The notes: generated from the sequence alone by a model not told the origin. A DNA stretch of 64,000 nt from Octopus sinensis (GCF_006345805.1 NC_043004.1:66216001-66280000), one strand, 5' to 3'. Numbered from the stretch's first letter, positions 39,044 to 52,761 are shown. A program made the numbers and translations.

Positions 39044-39390
39044 CAATCAAACACACGCACATGCATACACTCACACACACATACACGCGTGCGCCTATAT
39101 GTGTTCTAGTCCTGATAGCATTAAGTGATGTGCTTGAACAATAATTATACCTAGAATGACTCGCTCCACGTTTCTACCGAAATTTTATTAAATTCCTGAG
39201 CCGTAAAATGTATGTATGTACGTACGTTGTATGTATGCATGTATGTTTGTATGTATTTGTCTATCTATCTCTCTGTATGCCTGTCTAAATTTCCATATAC
39301 ACATATTAATAAGTAAACACATACATACATATTTCCTTTTCCATATATATACATACCTACACACATATATACATACATGCATACATACAT

Positions 39391-39435
<45 letters not shown>

Positions 39436-39440
<5 letters not shown>

Positions 39441-40779
39441 TTAGAGATAAAACCACTATTAGGCAAATCAAACAGTGAAAACCATCAATCAAAAAAACAT
39501 AGAAAAAAACTAATTAATATAATTAATCAAAATATATAAAATATAAAATTCAAAATTTAAATTAATTAAATTTAAAGTTAAAATTAATTTTTTTTAATTA
39601 TTAATTTATATATATATTATTTTTACTTAGCCAAAGAGATATATAGATCGTTAACAGTAATGTGATTTTTTAAAAAGTTAGGTTTCATGTATATACATGT
39701 ATCGATAGCATAAATTTTAGTCTTTAATAACTATATTTGTTGATAGTTATTTTAAATATATTATAATTGTTATTATAACTTATATATTGCTTTTTTTAAT
39801 TGATAATTGGTAGATGTATTTCTTCCATTGATAAATATATTCGTAGTATTTATTGGATACTATATAATTAGGGATTGATTATTTCATTAAGTATTTTACT
39901 ATTTCATTTTAGTTCTTAACTATACGGTTTTTGTAAGTTATTAATTAGCCAACGAGATATATGGATCGTTAATTAGCTATAGTGTTCTTTTAAGATAGTT
40001 TGTTTGTTTTTTTACAATTTGCTTTTTCATCTTAAATCTTTTAATATATTTATAAGTAATAATGAATAATTAATTTATTAGGTCTTTATTATACGTGCAT
40101 GTATATTTATTGATAGAGATAATTTTAGATCTTAATTCTTATATTTATATACATTTATATATATTCATTTATAAATTAGTTATTATTCAAATATTATATA
40201 CTTATTTGACTTGAAATTAAATTTAATAATATGAATAGTGATTTTTTGTTAAATATTTAGGTAATTAGATATTGACTATAACTGAGATTAGATTATTTGT
40301 GTGTTTATTATGTTTTTTAAAGCCATATTATATCTCAATAGACAAATACATGTTCTATGTATTCTTACCTTAAAAATTAATACTTGAATATTAATATTTA
40401 ACATTATAATCGATTATATGACATAATCATAATCGTTAAAGTTTCTAGTTTGATAATAGAGTTTGATATAAGAAAAATTATTATTTTATTTATTTCTTAA
40501 AAAATATTGTTTAAATATATTTGATTATTTATTTAAGAATTATTATTAACCTGAAGATTGACTATAACCATAATTCGAATTATTAATTGAATTTAAATTA
40601 TTGTTATTAAAATTAGGTTACGGGCATAAAACGATCGTAGTGCTTTTACTTTTTTTCTTATATTAAACTTTTTAATACTGTATGATAGTTATATATATTT
40701 AATTTAAAATACAGAAATAAATAAATATATGATTAAATAAATAAAAGATAAAAATAAAAATAATGATAAAAATAAAAAT

Positions 40780-40838
<59 letters not shown>

Positions 40839-41022
40839 TATAAGTATAAATTAATAATTAAAAAGAATTTTTTTGAAATTTTAAATTTAAATTTAAATAA
40901 TTTAAATTTGGATTTTTATATTTAATATATTTGTATATTATATTAATTAATTTTATTTCTATGTTTTGATTTATGTTTTTCACTGTTTGATTTGCCTAAT
41001 AGTGGTTTTATTTCTAATTTAA
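39436..41022. mobile_element. 1.6 kb extremely AT-rich element with about 190-bp imperfect terminal inverted repeats, embedded in (TA)n
   Basis: 34-bp perfect inverted core TAAAACCACTATTAGGCAAATCAAACAGTGAAAA at 39448-39481 and 40977-41010; similarity extends to about 39620 and 40835. Confidence 0.85.
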
Positions 41023-42439
41023 TATATATAATTATACTGTAAAATTAGATTTAATCCTGAATCTAATTTTCCCTGTAAGTTTGGATTTACTCCCTAATAT
41101 TATTTATGTATTTATATATACATATATGTATTTTTTCATTCGTAGACACACACACTGAACACCTACATAGATATACACAGTTATAACTTATTTTATGTTT
41201 AATGATTATATATTTCACCTCGTTAGTTTGTGAACGTGGTGATTAGCGTTGAATATTTCATCTGAAGTAGGAGAAAACGGTTTTTGTTTCACTGTGATGG
41301 TTTCCCCATTAAACTCTGGAAACAATGTAACCTTCGTCTGCAGAATTAACCAGCAATAAGATAACATTCGGACGAGTGTGGGATGTATTTGTCATTTATT
41401 TGTGTGGCGTTGAAAGAAATAAGAGATGAATACTGACCTTGTGAATGATTGCCGTTTGAAAAATGATTAATTACGTGTTTTCTTGCGTGTGAATGTGTTT
41501 GTGTGTTTTATTACTTTTTTCATGCTTAAGATGATAAAGTTAGCAACACTGATAGCATTGACAGTCCTTATTTATATCCATAGGAGAATGATCTCGTAGG
41601 CTACAGACCAATTAAAAGTAAGGTTAGTGTTTCAAGTGTGTAAAAATCAATAATACAAACAATGTGTTGCTATATAACTACCATTCACCCAATAATTAGT
41701 AGTCACCAAAAACTGATTCATTGTTAAGATATCTGTGAATCCGCTATAAATCAGAAACAATGGATAATACAATTATTATATATTTTTTTTCTCTCTGTCT
41801 CTCTCTGAACTGAAAATGTAATTATTTCGAAATAAAACAGAATTACTATAAGAACTTGTATTAAAATGACTTCAAATATTTAAAATAAATCATTGAATGA
41901 AATGAACAAAATGAAATTTCAGAATAAATAATTCTACGTGCAAATATCTATAAAATCCTTAGATATTTTTTTTCTTTTCTATATAATAACAAACACAATT
42001 TTCAAAAGTTTTTCAATCATTTCATAAAATTTGGAAGCACAATGTATTATATATTTATAATTATATATACAATCAATTGTGAGTATTTCCAATAAATCTA
42101 CTCGTGAGACGATAGTGATTCTCATATACATGAAGAAGACCATTTTTTCATAAAAATGATATTCTACAACTTCTCTGACAATGACTCCTTCATTAATATA
42201 TATTCCTCCCATGTGGAAACGAATTTATTTTAAACTATGTGAAATGGGTAATAAAATAATTAAAGAAAACATGCCAAATGATATAGTTCCAGGATAGTTT
42301 TCCATTGACTCTTTTAGCAATATTCCTGTTCTCTGATTAGTTAGAGATAGTTGCATTACTCGTCATGAACTAGAATTAATAGAATTGGAGCGCATAAAGG
42401 TGTTCAAAATGTTAATATAGGTTTCAAATTTTGTCTCAA

Positions 42440-42630
42440 AACAGCAGTTTTGGGGAAGGACTAAGTCGATTACATCAACCCTAGCGCTCAACTGGTAATT
42501 ATTTCATCGTATCCGAAAAGAGGAAGAGTAATGTCTATCGCGGTGGAATGTTGATCTCAGAGCGAAATGACAAACCAAATTTCGATATTCAGTTTGCTCA
42601 GAGTCGAGACGTTTCTGCCTGTTCGCCGCC
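42440..42630 (-). mobile_element. SINE family A remnant
   Basis: ggactaagtcgattacatcaacc.tag.gctcaactggta.ttatt...ctcaga. Confidence 0.6.
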
Positions 42631-42789
42631 TGACGAAAATATCAATATCACAGAATTTTTGCAGTGAAGGAATTCGCTTTTGAGAAAGTACAAGAAAATT
42701 CTATGATCCGCTTCTTGAAAATTTGACCCCTTGGGAAATAAGCCAGCGGGATGCAGAACTATGACATAAACTGGTTCCTACATATAGCT

Positions 42790-43130
42790 GTCCTCAAATT
42801 ATTCATAATCTTGATTTAGTGAATCATGGCTATTTTTATGACTGCTTTCAGACACGATTCTTGTACTTGTCCACAAGTTTCCTGCATGTCTCCTGTGAGA
42901 TATTGGCCCACTTTTCCTTCGCGAAAATCTCGAGCTGGGTGACGTTGATCAGTTTCCTAGCCATCACACTGGTCCTCAAGTCGCGCCACAAGTTATCAAT
43001 CGGATTCAGGTTTTGATTCTGAGTTGGCTATTCTAGGATGTTGAACTCTTTGTTCTTGAACCATTTCTTCACTAGCTTGGTGATATCATTAGGATCATTG
43101 CCCTAATGTCACTTCCAGTTGTAGCTGAGT
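42790..43130 (-). mobile_element. Decayed Tc1 (DD34E) transposase C-terminus
   Basis: QGNDP..TKLVKKWFKNKEFNILE*PTQNQNLNPIDNLWRDLRTSVMARKLINVTQLEIFAKEKW. Confidence 0.8.
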
Positions 43131-44786
43131 TGGAGTTTCTAAGCGGATAACTTCGCGATTTCATCACATATAACTCATAAACAAACTTGACAAAATGCAT
43201 TCATTCCATAACAAAAGGAAAAATATCACAAGACTTCACAGCAATATGAGCAATTTTGAAGACGACGTGTATGAGTAGTATGTTACCCTTAATAAAAATT
43301 ATGGCTTTATATTTGTTAAAATGAACTGTTAAAAGTATAGAAAGGTGTCCTAACATATTACAGTTGCATGATTTTATGAAATATACTACTCAGCTAATCA
43401 ACGTATACAGCTACTAAACGTATGAGGGAAATTTTAGGTACACCTCTCCATTTCATTTAATAATGCATATTTATGAAGAATAAAGACTTCGCGCCTACAA
43501 ATCATTTTCGTCATAAACGTTTACATGTTTAAAAAATTAGAATCCATTTTAATATTTTGAAGAAAATGACAATTTCTGTACCCATTACATTTAGTATATT
43601 ATCTAATGTAGATAGGGGAGGTGTAATGACTCTAACCAATAAAATTGATAGAAGTTAGAGAGTATGGCAGAAGATATACTGAACGACAAGAGAAAAATGC
43701 TTCCTGGCGTATGATGTCAAACAAGATTAAGTTATAAATTCTACCACCTACCGAGCCAGACATAAATTAATTTTCAGCACAAATGTTGTTTAAAGGAGAG
43801 GGAAGTTTATTTATAGAGCTACTGATATTTGTAAGGTAGGATATAATTCAACATCGCTGTAGAATATGGAAAATAATTTCACTAAAACAAAACAAAGCAA
43901 AAGGTTTTTCAATATTAATAAGGCTGCATAACAGGCTTTTCTTTCTCTGGTGGAATTGTAAGTTATCTGAAGGCAGTCATTTTGTTGCAATTCATTCGGT
44001 GTGGTACAAACTTTGACATGGTTATTTAAGATAATTAACTGCAGTCACTCATAATGTAAACATGTTTATCCTACGGAACATTACTGATGTTAAATGAAGG
44101 TTTTGCAAAAAGAATAAATTGTAGTTATTGGAATCTAAGGCATAATATCAAATTATACAGGTTTTACATAGAAAAGGTTACTACAGCTATGAGAAATATT
44201 AATTTAGTTTGACATAGTGCTAGGAAAATAAAAAAAAAGCTACTAAATAATATTTAGATAATGTTCTGTTTCTATACAGTATAATAGGAAATAATTCACA
44301 CTAATATTTTAGTAACTTATTTCAATTATCATATGACTATTATAACTTAATTTAAGAAGATGAAAATCATTTAGTCCATGATACATTGGGATATTCTTGG
44401 TTATCTCTTCGCCATCTATTAGTGTCAGGGCCAGTTTTTTTCTTTTAAGTTAATGGTCACCCATGTGTATTTTTATTATTCATGTAATTCATCTGTGCTC
44501 GTTTATCAGGAGTGTTTGGTAAAACCTAACAAACACTGTTAAGCGAATCAGTGATACATGAATAGTCGAACACATAAAAGAAAAAGAAAAAATTAGTTCC
44601 TGACATCAGCTTGCGATGAGCATTGTGGATGGTCACCACGGAAAGCTTTTGCGGCATAAGCAGAATCTTTGACTTATCACCTTTCTGTGTTATCACGGAT
44701 CATTTCTTGATAAGTGTAATGCCGTTCACAACGTGTATGCCATTTTCGCCTGAGTAAGCGATGAATAAATAATAAATGGGGATAAA

Positions 44787-45357
44787 TATTGGGTTGTCCG
44801 GAAAGTTCGTGCCGATTTTTAAAGGAAAGAAAAAGGTCAATAAATACACGCCATTACATTTATAATCAACCAAATATGAACTATTTTGTTGCACAATGCG
44901 TCTCCATCTTTCCTTTAATTTCAAAATACCCTCTTCCCAGAATTGAGGTAGATTCATGGCAAAGAATTCATCAAAGTATCTTTTTTACGTCATCCAAGGA
45001 ATTGAAAGTTTTATCATTAAGACTATTCTGCAGAGACCTGAATAAGTGGATATCCGAAGGAGCAATATCTGGTGAATATGGAGGGTAGGGTAATACATCC
45101 CAGCTGAGATGCAGCAACTTTTGTCTAGTTCCCAAAGCATCAAGTTCTGAAAATGAATTTCCTTCTCTCCCATTTTAAAGGGTTACAGAATTAACACAGG
45201 TTATAGGAACCTAAACCTCCTTTCCCGAAAAGATAACTCAAACTGTGCTTTAAATGGAGGTGTAGTCAAATCCTATTTTATGAACTCAACCATGTTCAAA
45301 AGTAAGTCGAAACGGAAGCTCCTATACAGCGGAACGAAATTTGCGGACAACCTAATA
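44787..45357 (-). mobile_element. Internally deleted mariner, same family and deletion as 12749-13318
   Basis: TIRs TATTGGGTTGTCCGGAAAGTTCGT / GAAATTTGCGGACAACCTAATA; PPYSPDIAPSD region on the minus strand; colinear with the first copy. Confidence 0.9.
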
Positions 45358-45969
45358 TGTAATCCAGCATGGTGCACTTAATGCTTTCCGAAACACTTGA
45401 ATTTTTTTTGAATTGATGCATTATTGCTAATGTGTAACATACGGTGTATTCATGATTATTTTATCTCATAATACATATTTGAAACGTAAAAGAATATCCT
45501 CTTCGCCAAAGTTTCAGAAGCATGCAGCTACCAAACAGTCGTGAATGGCTCTGTATTTGCTATTATGCCTATAAAGCTTCGGTTTCATTGGAAATTATGA
45601 CATCACACCTACTTTCTGACAGAGAAAACGGAATGAAAAATATTCTAAAATGCTAGTGAATAGTTTTCTGTAATAGCGAAACGAAATTGGATTTTTAACT
45701 GACTAGAAAACATTTTATCGTAGAACGATACGCTCTGTTCTATTTATACCTAGCAGACACTGTGAATAAAGAGACCGATATAATTCGTTAGCTACGATAC
45801 CCGTGTTACGAAATTCCTCAAAAGAAAGTACGTTTATAGGACAAAAAATATATTTTTACGTTTATAACTTAATGGCAAATTAAACGAAAAAAAGAAAACT
45901 TTAAAATATAGAAATTTTTGGCATCTGTTTCAGAGGTGTCAAAGGTAGTTTATATTCGTTAATTATGGC

Positions 45970-46145
45970 ACAAGGCCAGTACTCAATATCTGGGACTAAG
46001 TCGATTACATCTCAACTGGTACTTATAGACTCTGCAGAAAGATCAATGGTATGATGTCTGCAGCAGAATTTGAACTCTAAACGTGCAAGCGGACAAATTG
46101 CCGCTAAGGACTTTGCCAGGCGTGCTTAAGAATCTGCCAGCTCAC
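45970..46145 (-). mobile_element. SINE family A
   Basis: gggactaagtcgattacatc..aactggtactta...agaatttgaactc...ccgctaag...gcgtgct....tctgccagctcac. Confidence 0.65.
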
Positions 46146-47602
46146 TGGATTATACCCGTATATATTAATAACACAAACTCGATACATATCTGTCAGCCCA
46201 TTTCTGAAACATGCTTATAGCTTCAACTCATTAAAAAAACATGTATCTTTTAATAATGAGAATTAAATTGCTGTTTATAACGTTAGGAATGTCTTCGTGT
46301 CGTTTCTCTCTACAGTTATTGAAGTTCTTTTTAGCAAACATTCAAAGATACTCTAATATATGCTACCCATGAAAAGAAAACAAAGGATATATATTGCAGT
46401 CTACAATTAATTATATCCATATAAGAATTAGATTGGTAACGTTTGAAATACTTTCATTATAGATCTTCTCATAAAGAATGCGTAGTGGCTAGCAATCTAG
46501 GATGGCGAATGCCGGACAGGAGTGCTAGGAAGAAGGGGAGATAATAAAGTAGTGTCGTTCCCAAAACGAAGATGAGCGTAGGTGTGTATAAGAGAGCGTG
46601 ATATATGTGCGTGTGGAAGAGCGCTGGTGACATTGACGTGTGCGTGTGTGAATATGTAGGTGTGTGGGTGATTGTATGGGGATTAGAAGTGATCAGTGCT
46701 AGTTTGTGCTTGGTGGTGTGATGTGATGTGGTGTTGTGTGTATGGTGGTATATGGTGTGGTAGTGTGTGGTGTGGGGATGTGGGGGAGTGAGAGTGAGGA
46801 AAGCAAGGATGGAGTGTGGATAGGGGTGACGGTGGGGTGGAGTTGTGGTATCTATATTAATAGTCACTAGACACGTCTACGAAAGCTTGGACCATGTGAT
46901 TGCGTAGCAAATTGCTAATCACACAGCAAAGCCAGTAACTCTATAAATAAATACATTTAGGGTTTTTTATATACTTTGTTGTAGTTGATATGTATTAATT
47001 AAGTAAATGAATGTGATACAAATTAACAGAATTAATGATGGTTACGCATAAACACACTTCGATGTTTAACGCCATGACTGAACTCTCCAAGCAGATTGGT
47101 AAGCAACGAAATTATCAGTGCTTGGTGTTTCTAAGTGTGAAATATGATTTTGTAAAGAGATAACTACTTGAACAAATGTTATCCTTAAGCAAATACCACT
47201 CCCACGTGTAACTAAAACTTCTTAATTGTTGTGTTTACCTATCAATTCTTCTAGATAGTCATCAATTTTAGTAGTTAGATAGCTATCAAATTCACTTATT
47301 CTTAGTCACACAACCAATCAACGAGACTAGAAAGCGATGCGAAACTTTACTATCCTACATTGTGTTACCATATAACTGTTAAGTATGTTTACGAACACGA
47401 CTATCTGAAGTGATATTTTATCTTGCAAGTGAAATAGCATTAGGATCTTATTATAATGGTAAACATATAATAATGACATAATGTCATACAAGTACGATTA
47501 AAAGACGAAAAACAAATTATGAACTAGACAAATTGAGAATAACACTTTCGCATTGTTTTCAATGACCCTTCTTCTTCTTCTTCGTCTTACAATTATTATT
47601 AA

Positions 47603-47659
<57 letters not shown>

Positions 47660-47663
<4 letters not shown>

Positions 47664-49050
47664 ATTTCAATATGATGTATGGCCTATTTGCATCTATCTT
47701 TCTGTCAGTTTGAATGGGGAAGTTCCAGAGGAGTGAGATGTGGTCATTTTCAAGCACTGGAGGTTGTTTGTGTTCCCTCCAGTTTTTTCATGGGGCAAAC
47801 CCAGGTTTTTGCAGATTACCCAGTATATATTGTGCAGCTCTATCATGCCTGTTGAGATACTCTGTAGGCGCAAGAAGACTGCAGTGGAAACAACAGAATC
47901 AACGGTTTCATTTTTTTGTTGACATACATGACATGTTGGGCTACTGCCGTTCTTTAATATGTTGGCCTGGTAGTTCCTTGTAGGTAGGCATTGATCTTGA
48001 GCTGCTATGATGAACCCTTCTGTTTCAGATTTTAAGCCAGAGGCCATTAGCCATTGATGGGTCAGGGCTTTGTCAACATCTGCATTATTCGCTCTCTTTG
48101 GGTATTTGCCATACAGAGGTTTTTCTTGCCATTTATCATTCAGAATATCTAAGGCAGCAGTTTTAGCACGAGTTTTCATACGTTTAGCTTTTTCTGTGCT
48201 TGTTTCTTGTATGTCGAATTCCGAAACTTGTTGTATTCGGAATTCACTTAGATATTCCTTTGCCTGTTTTGTTACTGAGTGTGATTCTTTCTTGTTTTCA
48301 TGTTTGGAGACAAGTTTTAACATCCAGTCCTCGGAGTTTTTCAGGTAGGTGTCTAGGCCAATTGCAGCAATCTTCATTGTTATTGCCAGTTGTAAAATTT
48401 CCAAGGCCTCCTTCTTTTCTTGGCAGAGAAAATCGTTCTATATCTGCCTTAGGTTGGTGCATTCTATGCATTGTCAACAGTTTTCGTATTTTTCTGTCAA
48501 GATTACATATTTCAGTAATTGACCAGTTAACGATATTGAAACTGTAAGTCACGACAATTATGGCTAAATCATTGATCGCTTCGATCCTGTTTCTAGCATT
48601 CAGCTCTGTCTTGAGTATTGCTCTTACTCTGCGATAACATTCTCTCCTGATCCTTTCCTTCATCACTGAATGCCTTATTCCGTCCCCTTCAATTACCCCT
48701 AGGATCTTGTAGCTCTTCGCTGGTTCTAATTCTTTTACGACATTCTGCTAGTCAAGGTTAACGTTAGATGTTTCTGTTATTTTTCCTTTCATAAAGGTAG
48801 CTTTTGCACATTTATCGATTGCATTCTGATGTCATCACTGAATTGTTTAACAATCACTAGTAAGCCCTTGAGCTGTTGGTCATTTTTTGCAAAGAGCTTT
48901 AAATCATCCATGTAAATGAGATGATTTATATTTTTATCAAACATTTTATATCCGTACTGCGCGTCATTGAGCAATTTTGAGAGAGGTATTAAGGCTAAAC
49001 AAAAGAGGAGTGGTGATAGGAGTCACCCTGGAAAACGCCACATGAAATTT
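47660..49050 (-). mobile_element. R4/Dong-clade LINE fragment (RT to endonuclease), frameshifted, joined to (TAA)n
   Basis: FQGDS, INHLIYMDDLKLFAK, HQPKADIERFSLPRKEGGLG, KSETEGFIIAAQDQCLPTRNY, TCHVCQQKNET, TDRKIDANRPYII. Confidence 0.9.
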
Positions 49051-49624
49051 TTACATCACCAGCATTTAAAGATTCATTGTCACTGTTCATTATACATATA
49101 TATAATGACTAAATACTACTCAATATCAAACCCAGAAACATCATATATGTGACGAACATATGTCGTGAACTCATTTCGCAGAATAAGATATTCGTCTGAC
49201 CGTGGGATTTGTCGCTTTGTATCTTCTTCGAAGCATTTGGACATGTTTGTTTTTATTATGGTGGGAGGGGCAGGTCTTAGTCGTTGGGGCATTCGTCCCA
49301 CGTTCTTCAAGTCAGAAGTTCTATTTCCGACGCACGGTTTTACCTTTCGTTCTTTCAGGGTCTATAAAATAGTATCAGTTGAGCAATGGCATCGATGCAA
49401 TTGATTTATCATCTCCCCGAAACTTGCTGGCCATAATTTGAAACCCATCTTACACTTACACATGAAATCCACATTTGAAGCTATTGTTAAATGTATTTTT
49501 AATACATATAGCTGTAAAAATGTTCATTGAAACATCCACAAGTATTTGTCAAATCTCTTAACTTAGATTTTAATTTTAGAAGTGATTGCACCATCTGCTA
49601 GAAGGGAAGGACAAACCAAGCTGG

Positions 49625-50392
49625 TATTATAGCTGGCAGAAACGTTAGCATGCCGGGTGTGATGCGTAGCCGTATTTCGTCTGCCGCGACGTTCTGAGTT
49701 CAAATTGCGCCGAGGTCGACTTTACCTTTCATACTTTCGGAGTCGTTTAAATAAGTACCAGTTACGCACTGGAGTCGATGTAATCGACTTAATCTGTGTG
49801 TCTGTCCTTGTTTGTCCCCTCTATGTTTATCCGCTTGTGGGTGATAAAGAAACAGGTATTATATCTGACTGCCTTCGAGATGAAAGAGCATATTTCGATA
49901 TTGAAATAATGGTCATAATTGTAACTGCTGAAAAAAATGTGTTTAATAACCCAGTAAATTGGATGGAGGGAACTAGTTGATTACGTCGAACCAAGTGTTT
50001 CACTGGTACATAATTTATCGGCCCCTAAGTCGAAAAGCACTGCACCTCGGCAGAATTTGAACTGAGAACTTAACGACGGGTGAAATCTCGCTAAGCATTT
50101 CGTCCAATGTGCTAACGATTCTCCCAGATCCCCACCGCGCCCCAAACTAAAATTAAATAAAAGTGTCTAATAACCCTTCCTACGAAAGGCACAAGCCTTG
50201 AACTTTTGTGTGAGGGAGCTAGTCGATTATATCCACCCAGGATTTCTCTGGAGATTAATTTATCGACCCCGAATTATAAAAGGCAAAGTTGACCTCGACT
50301 GGAGTTTAAGCTCCGAACCTAAATAAACATGGACTAAATGACACTAAGCATCTTGTTGGTGTACTAAGAATTGTGCCAGCTCGCCGCCTTAA
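49625..50392. mobile_element. Cluster of three SINE family A copies (plus 49625-49850; minus 49960-50135; minus 50170-50392)
   Basis: gctggcagaaacgttagcatgccggg...gttctgagttcaaatt.cgccgaggtcgacttt.cctttcat and two reverse-complement copies. Confidence 0.8.
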
Positions 50393-50639
50393 GTGTGTTT
50401 CATAATCGTTTCAATATTGGTCACAAGGGCCGAACAAAAATCTAATAGGTACAATACAAACTAGGGACTCGTGAGGTTTAACACAAAAATCGAGTAAACA
50501 ATGAAATAACAATGACAATTAACGATACTATTAAACAATAAAATTCACCGAAAGGAGTTAGATCCTTACAGGGACCACCGAAAAACCACTCACATTCTGG
50601 TTATCCTGAACCTCACAAATAAATATGTGAAGTTTATGG

Positions 50640-51560
50640 TGTTGATTGCTTAACAGAACGTGCATGTTAGATATGGTTTTAAAAATTGCGTCCTGGAGAC
50701 GTTTCGCCACAAGATGACCAACGTTCAGTTCGACCTCCTGAAATTGATGATGACCGAATCAGATCCGTATTTGCATCTAATTGTCATATAATTGTGCGAG
50801 AGAATGCAGAAATGAATCGCACACAACTATTGAAAATCACTTAAAATGTCTTGAACTCGATAAGAAGCTCGATATTTGGATTCCACATAAACTGAAAGAA
50901 ATTCACTTAAGGCAATGAATCAATATTGATACATGCACCTCAAACGCAATGAGGTCGTCCTTGTTTTGAAACGAATCATTCCTGGTGATGAAAAATGGAT
51001 TGTCTTCAATAACATCAATCGAATACGATCATGGTATAAACGTAGTGAACCAGCACAAACCAATGCATTGAAAGCTGAATTACATCAAAAAATGTCATTA
51101 CAAAGTCATTGTGTATTTTGAGCAGCTTCCAAGGGACGAAACGTTCAATTCAGATGTTTACTCTGAACAACTAATGAAACTGAATGAAGCAATCAAAGAA
51201 AAGGGGCCAGAATTGGCAAATTGTAAAGTAATCGTGTTCCACTACGACAACACTGGACCACACACATGTTTGCTAATTCGTGAGAAATTATTGGAGCTTG
51301 GTTGGGAAGTGATGTTACATCCGCCATATAACCGTCTCGTTGCACCATCAGATTACCATCTATTTTAAAGGCTGCAAAATTATTTAAATGGTAAAACTTT
51401 TAATAATGAAAATGACGTGAAATCGCACTTGCTTCAGTTTTTGGCTAAGGAGGAGCAGAGGTTCTATGAGTGCGGAATCATGAAGTTGTTAGAAAGATAG
51501 CAAAAGGACATCGAACAAAATGGAAAATATATAATTGACAAAAGTTCATTCATTTTACAC
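50640..51560 (+). mobile_element. Decayed mariner transposase (different family from 12749)
   Basis: WIPHKL, RIIPGDEKWIVFNN, YSEQLMKLNEAIKEK, FHYDNTGPH, GWEVMLHPPYNRLVAPSDYHLF. Confidence 0.85.
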
Positions 51561-51794
51561 TAAAACCGCAGACATATCTTTATCTAACATCTCGGTACAT
51601 AGTAAGCTTGGAACCCAGCTGCTAGAAATGACAGTGTGTAACTCAAGGCTATAATGAGGTAAAATATATAATGTAAATTGTCAGCTTAATGTAACTCAAC
51701 GAACAAAAATATTTGTTTGTTGAGTTGTAGGATATTCATAGCTGGATAGTATTTGATAAAATCATTTGTAGATGATGGCAACATCAGCAACAGT

Positions 51795-51972
51795 GGAGGT
51801 GCAATAGCCCAGTGGTTAGGGCAGCGGACTCGAGGTCGTAAGAACACGGTTTCGATTCCCAGACCGGGCATTGAGCAGAAAGACATAATCTCCACGAGGC
51901 TCCTGCTGGGGAGGGTGGTGAACCCCGCTGTACTCTTTCACCACAACTATCTCCCACTCTTTCTTCCTACTT
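51795..51972 (+). mobile_element. tRNA-derived SINE head with RNA polymerase III A and B boxes
   Basis: A box TAGCCCAGTGG (51805-15), B box GGTTTCGATTCC (51848-59). The acceptor stem does not close and the body matches 12040-12185, so this is a SINE and not a tRNA gene. Confidence 0.75.
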
Positions 51973-52700
51973 TTGCCACAAAGCAGATGAACCATGGTGT
52001 AACCCACCATGGTGTGGTAAACTTTCAGACCTTAGTCTAGATTGTAAATCCTCTGTACCCCAGGATGGTTCAGCTCTCCATCCGTTAAAAGCCACCATTT
52101 ATGGAATGAGGATAACAACGTAGCTTTCGCACCCGTGCAACCGCCAGTCTACCACGCGTGGTGGGTGGATCTTCAAGTTGCCACACGCATTCTTAGTAGT
52201 TTAGAGTAGGCTCGAATTAGCGATTATTCCTTGTGGCTAATGGCGGTAATCCTGAGTGGAAGAAGAGGAAAAAAAGAACATAACAGCAACAACAATAGAG
52301 CAATAACAACAAGGGAAATATACCTTTCAATGGTTAATCATCTATCAATGTCAAAGGATTCAAAACGCATTCACGACAAAGGGTTATTGTTAACACCATT
52401 ACGTCTAACATCGCACCATCAATGACCTTTGCTATCAAATTCCCTAAACAGCTCCGAACAGCATAATGTTAAAGGCAACAATTGAGATCAATGCCATTGA
52501 CACGATGCCACTAGTATTACAATAATCCTCAAAATAATCAATCAAAAAATGCACACATACAAGCACGCGCACACACGCATACATACACACATATACACGC
52601 ACATACGAATACACACACACATGCATAAACATACACACACACATGCATAAACATACACACACATAAATATATATATCTATACATATATATGCACATATAC

Positions 52701-52761
<61 letters not shown>

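Noticed and set aside
39436-41022. Possible mitochondrial control-region insertion (NUMT), suggested by extreme AT content
   Set aside because: No tRNA, rRNA or mitochondrial protein remnants seen; long terminal inverted repeats indicate a nuclear repeat element.
41041-41070. 11-bp hairpin AAAATTAGATT/AATCTAATTTT next to the inverted-repeat element
   Set aside because: Almost entirely A/T in very AT-rich context; plausible by chance.
51795-51870. Possible tRNA gene
   Set aside because: A and B boxes are present but the cloverleaf does not close, and the downstream body is shared with another SINE copy.
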